Below the pieces are notes generated by a model that worked only from the letters and a program-made list of their open reading frames with translations, ran no database searches and had not been told where the DNA came from. From Hydrogenophilaceae bacterium (lineage in GTDB: Bacteria > Pseudomonadota > Alphaproteobacteria > Caulobacterales > Aquidulcibacteraceae), in NCBI GenBank assembly GCA_013389015.1, contig JACAEE010000007.1, positions 9,159 through 73,158 on the forward strand: DNA of 64,000 nucleotides, given 5' to 3'. The translations under genes were made by a program, and so were the position numbers. Position 1 is the stretch's first letter, and every line of letters starts with the position of its first letter. Positions 1-9,821 of the stretch are shown here, piece by piece.

Positions 1-589
1 GCGCGACGGCGTTGACCGTTACGCCATGAGGGCCCCATTCGCGCGCCAGCGCCTTGACGAAGCCGCGCTGCGCGCTCTTGCAGGCGGTATAGACCGGGTT
101 CATCGCGCCGCCGTGCAGACCTTGCGACGAGGTGAGGACGATGAAGCGTCCGCGGCCGCTGCGGCGCAGAGGTTCGAACAGGACTTGCGCCAGATGGAAG
201 GGCGCGGCGAGCGCGGTGTCACACTGTTCGTCCCAATCGCCGTCATTGACGTCTTCGAGCGCGAAGGTTTTGCCGGAGAGCGCGCTCGAGGCGTTGTGGA
301 TGACGATGTCGACGCCGCCATAGGCGGCGATGGTTTCGGACGCCAAGGCGTCGATCGCGGCGCGCTTGGCGACGTCGGCTTCCACCACCAGGGCCTCGCC
401 GCCATCGGCGCGCACCAGCGCGGCGGTCTCCTCGCCGGTGGTGCGGCGGCGCACGGCGACGACGACTTTCGCGCCGACGCGGCCCAGCGCGCAGGCGAGC
501 CCGCGGCCGATTCCGCCGCCGGCGCCGGTGACGATCGCTGTGCGCCCGGCGAGCAAGTCGCGCGCGCTCGCCCAATCCATCGCGCTCAT
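1..589 (-). CDS. short-chain dehydrogenase/reductase (SDR); C-terminal part lies beyond the window edge
   Basis: Reverse-strand translation from ATG at 589 reads MSAMDWASARDLLAGRTAIVTGAGGGIGRG, which contains the TGxxxGxG Rossmann motif. The frame stays open to position 1. The start overlaps the stop of the upstream gene (ATGA at 586-589). It is absent from the ORF track because there is no stop in the window. Confidence 0.8.
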   Translation of the reverse strand, partial: MSAMDWASARDLLAGRTAIVTGAGGGIGRGLACALGRVGAKVVVAVRRRTTGEETAALVRADGGEALVVEADVAKRAAIDALASETIAAYGGVDIVIHNASSALSGKTFALEDVNDGDWDEQCDTALAAPFHLAQVLFEPLRRSGRGRFIVLTSSQGLHGGAMNPVYTACKSAQRGFVKALAREWGPHGVTVNAVA

Positions 590-1329
590 GGGACCATCCA
601 TTCGCCGCCGTCCAGCATCAGGGTCGCGCCGGTGATCGCACGCCCCGCGTCGCCGCCCAGATAGCCGAGCAGCGGGGCGATCTCCGTGCGCGGATCGGGC
701 GCGCGGCCCAGCGCAATCGTGACGGCGTCCGGTCGCGCCGCGAGCGCAACGCCGTCGAACGGCGCAAGCGCGCGCGGGGCCGCGGCGATCCAGTTCAGCG
801 TGACGCCGGAGGCGCCCCATTGGCGCGCGACGGACTTCATCAGGCCGCGCTGACCTTCGAGCAGCGTCGACAGCGCGATCATGCGCGGCGTACCGACAAG
901 CGAGAGCGACGGCGCAACGAACACGATTGCGCCACCGTGCGGCTTCATGTGCGGACCGAGCGCCTGGAGGAGACGCATGGTCGTGCGCAAGCCTTCGATC
1001 GCCGCCTCGCGCCAGTCGGCTTCCGCCATCGCGTCGATCGCATCAGGACGCATCGCCGCGGTGGGAATGACCGACAAGACCACCAGATCGGGCGCGCCGT
1101 GCGCGGCGACGGCCGCATCGATTCCGGCGGCGACGGAGGCGGCGGATGCGAGATCAAGATCGCCGCCAAGGCGCGTCACCTCAGCGCCGAGATCGGCCAC
1201 GCCATCGACGACGGCGTCGGCGAGACCGGCGCCTACCGAAACGGCGAAAACGCGCTTGCCGTGCAGCCAGGACGCATCAGCGGCCACTCTCCTCCTCCAT
1301 GCCGAGCGACGTTGTTCGAGGGACGACAA
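586..1329 (-). CDS. SDR-fold protein with degenerate cofactor and catalytic motifs (probable pseudo-enzyme partner)
   Basis: 247-aa ORF with SDR-like layout (LHGKRVFAVSVGAGLADAV ... IVFVAPSLSLVG ... GVTLNWIAAAP). The glycine motif is degenerate, and the YxxxK position aligns to ALSTLLEG, so there is no Tyr or Lys. It is translationally coupled to the canonical SDR at 1-589. Start codon uncertain. Confidence 0.65.
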   Translation of the reverse strand: MSSLEQRRSAWRRRVAADASWLHGKRVFAVSVGAGLADAVVDGVADLGAEVTRLGGDLDLASAASVAAGIDAAVAAHGAPDLVVLSVIPTAAMRPDAIDAMAEADWREAAIEGLRTTMRLLQALGPHMKPHGGAIVFVAPSLSLVGTPRMIALSTLLEGQRGLMKSVARQWGASGVTLNWIAAAPRALAPFDGVALAARPDAVTIALGRAPDPRTEIAPLLGYLGGDAGRAITGATLMLDGGEWMVP

Positions 1330-1353
1330 TAGTCAAGCGCGCCCAAACGCACG

Positions 1354-1385
1354 CCGCCGCCGCGTTCGGGCGAACGCGGCGGCGG
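1354..1385 (-). terminator. GC-rich hairpin between the TonB-dependent receptor gene and the SDR pair (candidate terminator or attenuator)
   Basis: CCGCCGCCGCGTTCG GG CGAACGCGGCGGCGG has perfectly complementary 15-nt arms (about 13 bp of effective stem). On the minus strand it is followed by GCGTTTGGG, which is only a weak U-tract. Confidence 0.4.
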
Positions 1386-1408
1386 TTCCGGGACACGACT
1401 CCGGCGGC

Positions 1409-3655
1409 TCAGTCGCCGAAGCTGTAGCGGAGGCGCACGCCGAAGGTTTGCGGCTCACCGGGCGCCGCTGAATTGACGGTGGCGGCGCCAAGTCCAAGGA
1501 CGCTGGTGCTGTAGTCGTTGTCGAAGGCGTTCTTCACGAAGAAGGTCACGCCCGCGCTCGATCCCATGATGTCGTTCCATTCGGCGACGAAATCGACGAT
1601 GTCGCGGCCTTCGTCGATGGTGACGCCAGGGATGAACGAATCGTTGGTGCTGTAGGAATCCTGGTGGAAATAGTTCACGCCGAGATTGGCGCTGCCGAGG
1701 CTCTCCGACATCGGCAGATCGACGCGAACGCCCGCCCCCGCGATGTTGCGCGGCGCGCGCGCAAACGGGAAGATCGAGAGGTCCGCGCCGTTGGGGGCGA
1801 TGAACTCGGTGAAGTCGGCGTCGGTGTAGGCGTAGAAGCCGGTGAATTCGAGCCAGGGATTGGGACGGAACAGGAGCTCGAACTCGGCGCCCTGGATCTC
1901 AGCCTGGCCGGCGTTGGTCGTCACCGTCTGCGGCGGCGTCAGCGTCGGGTCGGAGAGCAGGCGCTGGATGTCCTTATATTCGGCGAAGAAGAGCGCCAAA
2001 TTGGTGCGCAGGAACATGTTCCCGGGACGCCAATCGGCTTTCACGCCGACCTCGATGTCATCGACGATCTCGGGCTCGAACGTGCGCGACAAGCCCGCCT
2101 CGTTGGCCGCGCGGGCGCCGAAGCCGCCGGTGCGGTAGCCGTGGCGGTGCGCGGCGTAGAGCAGCAGATCATCGGTCGCGCGGTACTCCAAGCTCACATT
2201 GTAGGTCGGCTCGGAGAAATCCGCGCTGAGCGCGAGGCTGCAGCCGGCAAGCCCGGGATTGACCTCGGGAGTAGCCGGATTGTCGTCGTGATCCACCGTG
2301 AAGCGGCAGTTGGTGGCGGTGCGGTTGAGGATGACGGCGTTGCGTTCGTCCCAGTTCTGGCGGGCGCCCACTGTCGCGGACAGGCCCTCGATGCCGAGAT
2401 TGAACGTGACTTGGCCGAAGATTGCGGTGCTGGTGTTTTCCGCCGTGCTCCAGGTGTTGGAGAAGCAGGCGTATTGCCGGAGATCGGTGAAGGTGAGGTT
2501 CTGCGGCGTCGTCGGGCAGCCGGCGAACAGGCCCGAACTCAAACCCTGATCGCTGCCGTTCTCGCTGAAATAGTAGGCGCCGACGATCCAGTCGCCCCAG
2601 CCCGCATCGCCGAGAATCTGGAATTCCTCCGATACCTGCTCGTGCTCGGTGACCCGCTGGATCGGCAGTACGAAGGCGGCGCTGCCGTCGGGATCTTCGA
2701 GCGTGTCGTTGTCGAGTTCGCGGAAGCCGACGATATTTCTCAAGGTGATGTCGCCAAGCTGCAGCGACGTAGTGTTGGTGATGCTGAAGATGTCGACGTC
2801 GCTGTGCACGGGCGTGCCGCTGGCGGTGGTGTAGTGGTCGCGCGCGAGCTGGGCGGCGCCGCCGATGGAGCCAGGACGGGCGTAGACGCCGGTGCCGCCA
2901 TTGTCGGTCGTCGCCGAATCGATGACGAACAGCGACTCAAACGTGTCGGTGGGGTGAAAGTCGAGCGAGACGCGATAGGCGTTCTCGTCGACGAAATCCA
3001 TGTTCTGGCCGGCGACGGTGTCGAAGACATAGCCTTCGCTTTCGCGATGCATGCCGGCGATGCGGACGCTCAAGCCTGAGCCGACGGCGAAGTTGAGAAC
3101 GCCCTCGGTCTGGTAGGTGTCGTACTCGGCGATGGTCTGGGCGATGCGCGCTTCGAACTCGTCGCTGGGCGTGTTCGTCGTCACCAGCACAGCGCCGCCG
3201 GGCGTGTTGCGCCCGAACAAGGTTCCTTGCGGGCCGCGCAGGACCTGCACGCTGGAGACATCGAAGAGACCGACATTGCCCCCGATCGGCCGCGGGATCA
3301 CGACGTCATTGATGTAGAGCGACACCGACGGGTCGGAGAGGTGCGTCAGATCCTGTTGCGAGAGCCCGCGGATGGCGAACACCGGCGTTGATCCGCCCGA
3401 GCCTTGCCCGGGGCTGATCACCAGGTTCGGCACCGTGCCTTGCAGCGAGTTGATGTCGGTGACGTTGGCGCGCTCCAGCTGCGCGGCGTTGAGCGCGGTG
3501 ACGGCGAGGGGCACGTCCTGCTGGCTCTCGGCGCGGCGACGCGCCGTAACGACGATTTCCTCTTCGGTGGTGGTTTGCGCCTGCGCCATAGCCGGCACGG
3601 CCAGGCTCAGCACCGTCGTCGCCCAGAAGAGCGCCCGCTTCGCGACCTTGTTCAT
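1409..3655 (-). CDS. TonB-dependent outer-membrane receptor
   Basis: Signal peptide MNKVAKRALFWATTVLSLAVPAMAQA. Plug motifs EEIVVTARR, FAIRGLS and VQVLRGPQGTLFGRNTPGGAV, followed by a long beta-barrel region. A purine-rich GGAGGGAAAGG lies just upstream of ATG 3655. I rejected the longer track ORF (to 3757) as an N-terminal extension. Confidence 0.9.
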   Translation of the reverse strand: MNKVAKRALFWATTVLSLAVPAMAQAQTTTEEEIVVTARRRAESQQDVPLAVTALNAAQLERANVTDINSLQGTVPNLVISPGQGSGGSTPVFAIRGLSQQDLTHLSDPSVSLYINDVVIPRPIGGNVGLFDVSSVQVLRGPQGTLFGRNTPGGAVLVTTNTPSDEFEARIAQTIAEYDTYQTEGVLNFAVGSGLSVRIAGMHRESEGYVFDTVAGQNMDFVDENAYRVSLDFHPTDTFESLFVIDSATTDNGGTGVYARPGSIGGAAQLARDHYTTASGTPVHSDVDIFSITNTTSLQLGDITLRNIVGFRELDNDTLEDPDGSAAFVLPIQRVTEHEQVSEEFQILGDAGWGDWIVGAYYFSENGSDQGLSSGLFAGCPTTPQNLTFTDLRQYACFSNTWSTAENTSTAIFGQVTFNLGIEGLSATVGARQNWDERNAVILNRTATNCRFTVDHDDNPATPEVNPGLAGCSLALSADFSEPTYNVSLEYRATDDLLLYAAHRHGYRTGGFGARAANEAGLSRTFEPEIVDDIEVGVKADWRPGNMFLRTNLALFFAEYKDIQRLLSDPTLTPPQTVTTNAGQAEIQGAEFELLFRPNPWLEFTGFYAYTDADFTEFIAPNGADLSIFPFARAPRNIAGAGVRVDLPMSESLGSANLGVNYFHQDSYSTNDSFIPGVTIDEGRDIVDFVAEWNDIMGSSAGVTFFVKNAFDNDYSTSVLGLGAATVNSAAPGEPQTFGVRLRYSFGD

Positions 3656-3772
3656 AGCTACCTTTCCCTCCCCTGGCGGCCGCGGCGAGCCGTTTTTCGA
3701 ACGGCGTACGTAAATTCGCGGCGGAGCGACGCTCCTCTTTGCCGCGTGGGTTTTCAATATCCTGGGCGCTGT

Positions 3773-3810
3773 TATCGCCGCTGCGATGCGTCCTCATCGC
3801 GGAGGCGATA
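3773..3810. promoter_or_regulatory. two tandem copies of the recurrent ATCGC-N4-GCGAT palindrome in the divergent TBDR / ligase promoter region
   Basis: TATCGCCGCTGCGATG (3773-3788) and CATCGCGGAGGCGATA (3795-3810), separated by 6 nt. Together they form a 38-nt imperfect palindrome. Confidence 0.5.
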
Positions 3811-3891
3811 GATGCGCCCCCCGGCTTGGCCTTGGTCTGTTGCGCCAGGACAACTAGCCAAGGCCGCAGGACGCCAAAGGGATCATCCAGC

Positions 3892-5181
3892 TTGGACCGC
3901 CGCTATTTTGATTCGGTTGAGACTGCGCCCCGACACGAGATCGAGGCGCGCCAATGGGCGCGCCTGCGTGAGCAAGTGCAGCATACGTTCGCACGTTCCC
4001 CCCTTGTGCGTCGCGAATGGGAGAAGGCCGGGCTGAGCCCGGACGACATTCGCTCAATCGATGATTTCAAGGCGCGGGCGCCGTTCATTGACAAGGCCGC
4101 GATCCAGGCCTTCCGCGCCGAGACCGGCGACCCGATGGGCGGGGTGCTGGCGGGGGACCTGAGCGAGGTCGCGCTCTACGGCACGAGTTCGGGGACGACG
4201 GGCGATCCGACCATGTTCGCCGAGAGCTGGACGGCGCGCGGGGAGATGATCTTCACGCCGCGCGACATCTGGGAGACGGGTCTCAGGCCCGGCGATCACC
4301 TGATCGACGTGCAGATGGTGATCCGCTCGATCGGGCGCCTCTATTTCCAGGACATGGGCGCGACCCCCATCTTCTTCCACCATGACGCCAGCGACGTGGC
4401 GCGGATGCTCAGCGCATGCGTGCGCTACCGGCCCACCTGGATGTTCCATATCAGCTCGCCGCTGATCTACGCGCTCGAGCGGATGGAGGCGGAGACCAAG
4501 GTCGATCTTCGCGACGCGTTCTCCTCGTTCAGGGGCGTGATCTATGGCGGCGAGCCAATGGGGCGCCACAACCGCGACCTGATGGAGCGCTGGGGCGTGC
4601 CGGTGTTCGAGTTCACCAGCCTCGGCGATTGCGGCACCGCCTGGGAATGCCAGGCGCGGGACGGATTCCATGCGTGGGAAGATCTCGTGCTGTTCGAGGT
4701 GATCGATCCGGTCAGCGGCGCGCCAGTGGAATCCGGCGGGCGCGGGGAGATGGTGTGCACGGCGCTGGTCGACAAGGTCGATCCGCTGATCCGGTACCGC
4801 TCCGGCGATCTGGTGCGCTGGACCAATGAAAAGTGCGCGTGCGGGCGCACGCATGCGCGCTATTGGCCGCTTGGGCGCGTCGGCGACGAAACGCTGGTCA
4901 ACGGGCGCAGCGTGATGCCGACCGATGTCTGGACGGCGATCGAAAGCGTGCCAGAGACCGCCGCGGGGCTGTTCCAGATCATTCGCCCGCAGCGCGACCT
5001 GAGCGAACTGAAGCTCCGCGTCGGCTATGACGGCCAGCCTGAGCTGAACGATCTCGCCGCGCGCGTCGCAAAGGCGGTGGAGGCTGCGACGGGCATTCGC
5101 CCCAACGTGGAGCTGATGCCCAACACCGAGATCTTGAAGTTCGGACCACCCCACAAGATTCCACGGACGACGCGCCAATGA
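3892..5181 (+). CDS. PaaK-like (phenylacetate-CoA ligase / coenzyme F390 synthetase family) adenylate-forming enzyme
   Basis: P-loop YGTSSGTTGDPT, PaaK-type C-terminal region (IRYRSGDLV ... CACGRTH ... GRVGDE), about 430 aa. The track ORF starts at TTG 3739. I prefer TTG 3892 (LDRRYFDSVETAP...), which has AAGGGA about 8 nt upstream, but the start is uncertain. Confidence 0.8.
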   Translation: MDRRYFDSVETAPRHEIEARQWARLREQVQHTFARSPLVRREWEKAGLSPDDIRSIDDFKARAPFIDKAAIQAFRAETGDPMGGVLAGDLSEVALYGTSSGTTGDPTMFAESWTARGEMIFTPRDIWETGLRPGDHLIDVQMVIRSIGRLYFQDMGATPIFFHHDASDVARMLSACVRYRPTWMFHISSPLIYALERMEAETKVDLRDAFSSFRGVIYGGEPMGRHNRDLMERWGVPVFEFTSLGDCGTAWECQARDGFHAWEDLVLFEVIDPVSGAPVESGGRGEMVCTALVDKVDPLIRYRSGDLVRWTNEKCACGRTHARYWPLGRVGDETLVNGRSVMPTDVWTAIESVPETAAGLFQIIRPQRDLSELKLRVGYDGQPELNDLAARVAKAVEAATGIRPNVELMPNTEILKFGPPHKIPRTTRQ

Positions 5182-5948
5182 GCACCGCCCCCCATTACGG
5201 CCTCATCGGCGGCGCGCCGAGCGACGCAAGCGCCGAAACGCTCCGGGCGCTCGAAGGCTACAATCGCGGGCACCGCAAGAATCCCGTCGTGGCCTGCGCC
5301 TCGGACATGTGGGCCGTCGGCTGCGCAGAGACGGCGGAAGGGCCAGTCGACTATCCCGTTTCATGGACCGACATCGAAAGCGACGAGGCGTGGGCGAAGG
5401 AGATGCTGGACCTCGCCGGCGTCGGCCGGGGCGATTTCGCGTTCTTCTCCTATATCTACTCGCGCTCCGCCCATACTTGGCCATGGCTGAAGATGGGGTT
5501 CGAACGCGGCGCAAGACTGGCGACGGGGATGCCGACGCAATGGGACGCCTATCGGCTGGAAATGTATTGCCGCCTGTTCGCGGTGAAGCTCGTCTTCGGG
5601 CTCACGCCGGAGGCGCTCGACGGACTAGAAGGCGCCGGCCATCGGCTGAGTGAGGTGTTCGGAAAAGTCGAGCGGATCATCGCCGTCGGCGAGGCGTGGC
5701 GGCGGCTGCGCGAGGCGGGCCTCGCCCCGTGGAAGCTGCATTGGCTGGGGCCGATCGTGGCGATCGATCCGTGCGACGGCGCCGGCGCGCGATTCGACTA
5801 CAAGCAATGGACGCTCGAAGGCGACGGCGGCCGATTGACGATCTCCAACGCCCTGCCCCGCGCCTGCGCATTCACTCGAACGCCGCTCGCCGCAAAGGGG
5901 CGGATCGGCGTCGCCGATGGCGAGCCTCGCTTGTTCATGGAAGAGTGA
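5178..5948 (+). CDS. hypothetical protein, translationally coupled to the PaaK-like ligase (possible P-loop-less PaaK N-domain relative)
   Basis: 256-aa ORF with ATGA overlap to the upstream stop. Codon bias matches its neighbours. I saw no recognisable catalytic motif, only weak by-eye resemblance to the PaaK N-domain core (GVGRGDFAFFSY ... GARLATGMP ... LVFGLTPEAL). Confidence 0.6.
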   Translation: MSTAPHYGLIGGAPSDASAETLRALEGYNRGHRKNPVVACASDMWAVGCAETAEGPVDYPVSWTDIESDEAWAKEMLDLAGVGRGDFAFFSYIYSRSAHTWPWLKMGFERGARLATGMPTQWDAYRLEMYCRLFAVKLVFGLTPEALDGLEGAGHRLSEVFGKVERIIAVGEAWRRLREAGLAPWKLHWLGPIVAIDPCDGAGARFDYKQWTLEGDGGRLTISNALPRACAFTRTPLAAKGRIGVADGEPRLFMEE

Positions 5949-6998
5949 ATGGCCGAAGCCGAAACCTTCGACGCGGCGAAGTTTGCGGCGTGGGCCGACG
6001 AAGTCTTGCCGGAGCTCGGCGCCGGCCCTGTTCACTGCACAATCCTAACCGGCGGCGCCAGCAACATCGTGATGCGCGTTGAGCGCGACGGGGCGCCAAT
6101 GGTGCTGCGCCGGCCGCCCCGGACGCCGCGCCCGGACAGCCTCAAGATCATCGGCCGCGAAGCGCGCGTGCTCGCGGCGCTCGGGGCGACGGATGTTCCC
6201 CATCCGCGATTTCGCCGCGCCTGCGAGGACGCGAGCGTGATCGGCGCGCCTTTCTATGTCATGGATTGGGTGGACGGCTTCGTCGGCTATCCGCTTGAAC
6301 GCTTGCCGGCGCCGTATGATCGCGCCGGCGGCGCGCGCAGCAGCTTGGCGTTCGCGCTCGTCGACGGAATCGCGCGGCTGGCCAATGTCGATTATCGCGC
6401 CGTCGGCCTCGATGATTTCGGCAAGCCGGAAGGATTCCTGGAGCGCCAGGCGTCGCGCTGGATGGCGCAGCTCGCTTCCTACAAGGAGAGCGAAGGCTAT
6501 GAGCCGCGCGACATTCCAGGCCTCGCCTATGTGGCCGACTGGCTGGCGGCGAACACGCCGCCGATGTCGAAGCCCGGCATCATTCACGGCGACTACAGCC
6601 TCGCCAACGCGATGTTTCACCATGGCGCGCCGGCGCGGCTGGCGGCCATGATCGATTGGGAGCTGGCGACGATCGGCGATCCGCTGCTGGATCTGGGATG
6701 GGTTCTTTATGCGTACCGCGGACGCGATGAGCGTTCGCCGCCGGCCGGATATTTCGATGCGTCCGATTTCCCTTACCGAGAAGCGCTTGCGGATTATTAT
6801 GCGGAGCGCACGGGCCGATCGATCGAGCACCTGACCTATTACATGGTGCTGGCGCAGTTCAAACTCGGCGTGATCATGGAGCGCCAGTACGCGCGCATCT
6901 TGAACGGGCGCCAGACGATGGATGTCGCCGGCGATGCGGGCGCGTTCGTGGCGCGGCTGATCGGCAAGGCCTATGCGATGGCGCGCGGAGAGGCGTGA
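5949..6998 (+). CDS. APH-fold phosphotransferase family protein (ACAD10/11 N-domain or LvaA-like kinase)
   Basis: GGASNIVMRV nucleotide loop, catalytic IIHGDYSLANAMF, and MIDWELATIGDPLLDLGW. ATG lies immediately after the upstream stop (TGAATG). Confidence 0.85.
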   Translation: MAEAETFDAAKFAAWADEVLPELGAGPVHCTILTGGASNIVMRVERDGAPMVLRRPPRTPRPDSLKIIGREARVLAALGATDVPHPRFRRACEDASVIGAPFYVMDWVDGFVGYPLERLPAPYDRAGGARSSLAFALVDGIARLANVDYRAVGLDDFGKPEGFLERQASRWMAQLASYKESEGYEPRDIPGLAYVADWLAANTPPMSKPGIIHGDYSLANAMFHHGAPARLAAMIDWELATIGDPLLDLGWVLYAYRGRDERSPPAGYFDASDFPYREALADYYAERTGRSIEHLTYYMVLAQFKLGVIMERQYARILNGRQTMDVAGDAGAFVARLIGKAYAMARGEA

Positions 6999-7008
6999 AG
7001 GCGGCGTG

Positions 7009-8295
7009 ATGATCGATTTTCCACTCGACGCGGCATTCCAGGCGAAGGTGGATTGGACGCGCGCGTTCGTACGCGAACACGTCGAGCCGCTCGATCATCT
7101 CTGGCCGGCGCCGACCGCGCCCTATGACCGATCGCTGACCAAGGCGCGCGCCATCCTGAAGCCGCTGCAGGAGGAGGTGCGCCGGCAGGGCTTGTGGGCT
7201 TGCCATCTCGATTCCGATCTCGGCGGCCCCGGCTACGGGCAGGTGAAGCTCGTCCATATCAACGAAATCCTGGGGCGCACCAATTGGGGGCCGGTGGTGT
7301 TCGGCTGCCAGGGCCCCGACAGCGGCAATTCGGAAATCCTCGCGCGGTTCGGAACCGAGGCGCAGAAGGACAGATGGCTGGCGCCGCTGCTCGCGGGCGA
7401 GATGTATTCCTGCTTCTCGATGACCGAGCCGGATGGCGGCGCCGATCCGACGCTGTTCAAATGCCGCGCGGTGCAGGACGGCGACGATTGGATCATCGAG
7501 GGCGAGAAATGGTATTCCTCGCACGCCAATTTCTGCGACTTCCTGATCGTCATGGCGGTGACCGATCCGGAAGCGGCGCCCTATGAGCGGGCGAGCATGT
7601 TCATCGTGCCCGCCGATGCGCAAGGAATCGAGTTCGTCCGCGAGACCGGGCTCTTCACCGAGCCGCTGGGCGGCAAGGGCGGCCATCCGTATGTGCGCTA
7701 CAATCGCGTGCGCGTTCCCGCCTCCGCGATGCTTGGTCCGCGCGGCAAGGGATTCATGGTCGCGCAATCGCGCCTCGGCGGGGGGCGCATCCATCACGCG
7801 ATGCGCACGATCGGGCTGGTGCAGAAGTGCCTCGATATGATGGGCGAGCGCGCGCAAAGCCGGGCGCTGCGCAACGGGCCGCTCTCCAAGATCCAGGGCG
7901 TGCAATACGACCTCGCCGATTCCTGGATCGCGTTGCAGCAATTCCGCCTGCACGTGCTCTATGTCTCCTGGCTGGTCGACCAGGGGCGCGAGGATGACTT
8001 GCGGCTGGCGATCTCGGGGCTGAAGGTCGCCACCGCCACTATCGCCAAGGACGTCGTGTGGCGGGCGATGCATCTGCACGGCGCGCTCGGCGTCTCCAAC
8101 GAGATGCCGTTCGCGCACATGCTGATGACGGCGGCGATGCTGGGCCTGGCGGACGGGCCGACGGAGGTGCATCGCTCCGTCGTCGGAAGATTGGTGGCGC
8201 GCCAGTATCAAGCCGCGGAGGGGCCGAACCCGAGCGAGCATTTGCCGAGCCGACGCGCCGCGGCGCTGCGGCTTCATCCCGATGCGCTGGATTGA
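7009..8295 (+). CDS. acyl-CoA dehydrogenase family protein, ACAD10/11-like clade
   Basis: ACAD fold motifs (CFSMTEPDGGADP, GGGRIHHAMRTIG, LHGALGVS) and the C-terminal LADGPTEVH signature that I associate with the ACAD10/11 clade. ATG 7009 (MIDFPLD) lies 11 nt after the kinase stop. Confidence 0.85.
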   Translation: MIDFPLDAAFQAKVDWTRAFVREHVEPLDHLWPAPTAPYDRSLTKARAILKPLQEEVRRQGLWACHLDSDLGGPGYGQVKLVHINEILGRTNWGPVVFGCQGPDSGNSEILARFGTEAQKDRWLAPLLAGEMYSCFSMTEPDGGADPTLFKCRAVQDGDDWIIEGEKWYSSHANFCDFLIVMAVTDPEAAPYERASMFIVPADAQGIEFVRETGLFTEPLGGKGGHPYVRYNRVRVPASAMLGPRGKGFMVAQSRLGGGRIHHAMRTIGLVQKCLDMMGERAQSRALRNGPLSKIQGVQYDLADSWIALQQFRLHVLYVSWLVDQGREDDLRLAISGLKVATATIAKDVVWRAMHLHGALGVSNEMPFAHMLMTAAMLGLADGPTEVHRSVVGRLVARQYQAAEGPNPSEHLPSRRAAALRLHPDALD

Positions 8296-8298
8296 GCC

Positions 8299-9053
<755 letters not shown>

Positions 9054-9057
<4 letters not shown>

Positions 9058-9821
9058 GGCTGGAGGGAAAGATCGCCGCGATCACTGGCGGGGCAAGCGG
9101 CATCGGCCTCGCCATCGCGCGACGATTTGCGGCGGAAGGCGCCGCAGTGGTCCTGCTGGACCTCAATGAAGACGGTGAGCGAGAAGCGTGCGCTCTACGC
9201 GAAGCCGGGTTCCAGGCGCGGTTCATGCGGCTCGATGCGAGCGACGAAGCCGGCGTCGACAGCGCCGTCGAGGAGATCGAGAGATCGATCGGTCCGATCA
9301 GCATCCTGGTGTGCTCGGCAGGCGTTACGGGCGCCCCGGGGCCGTTCTACACAACCGACGTGGCGGTGTTCGAGCGCACTTTGCGGGTGAACCTGATCGG
9401 GCCGTTCCTGATCGGCAAGGCGGTCGCGGCGCGCATGCTGGCGGAGAAACGCGGCGGCTCGATCATCAACATCTCCTCCGTCGGCGGCCAGCTCGGCGTG
9501 GCGGACTCCTGGCCGTATTGCACCAGCAAGGCCGGGCTCGACATGCTCACCAAGACGATGGCGCTGGCGCTCGCGCCGCACGGGGTGCGCGTCAACGCCA
9601 TCGGCCCTGGCCCTACCGAGAGCCCGATGACGGCGCACATTCCGACCGAGGCGCGCGAGATGATGCTCTCGCGCACGCCGCTCGGCCGGTTCGGCGCGGC
9701 GGAGGAGATCGCGGGCGTGGCGTTATTCCTGGCGAGCGAGGAGTCCAGCTACGTCACGGGGCAAACGATCTATGCCGACGGCGGGCGCCTGGCGCTGAAT
9801 TATGTGATGCCGAAACGCTAG
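9054..9821 (+). CDS. SDR family oxidoreductase
   Basis: MRLEGKIAAITGGASGIGLAIA and YCTSKAGL. ATGA overlap with the upstream SDR. The upstream extension of the track ORF (8892) was rejected. Confidence 0.9.

Noticed and set aside
1664-3079. 471-aa ORF on the plus strand inside the TonB-dependent receptor gene
   Set aside because: It is antisense to a gene with strong family motifs. Its translation is Arg/Ala/Gly/Asp-rich with no motifs, as expected for stop-poor antisense frames in GC-rich DNA.
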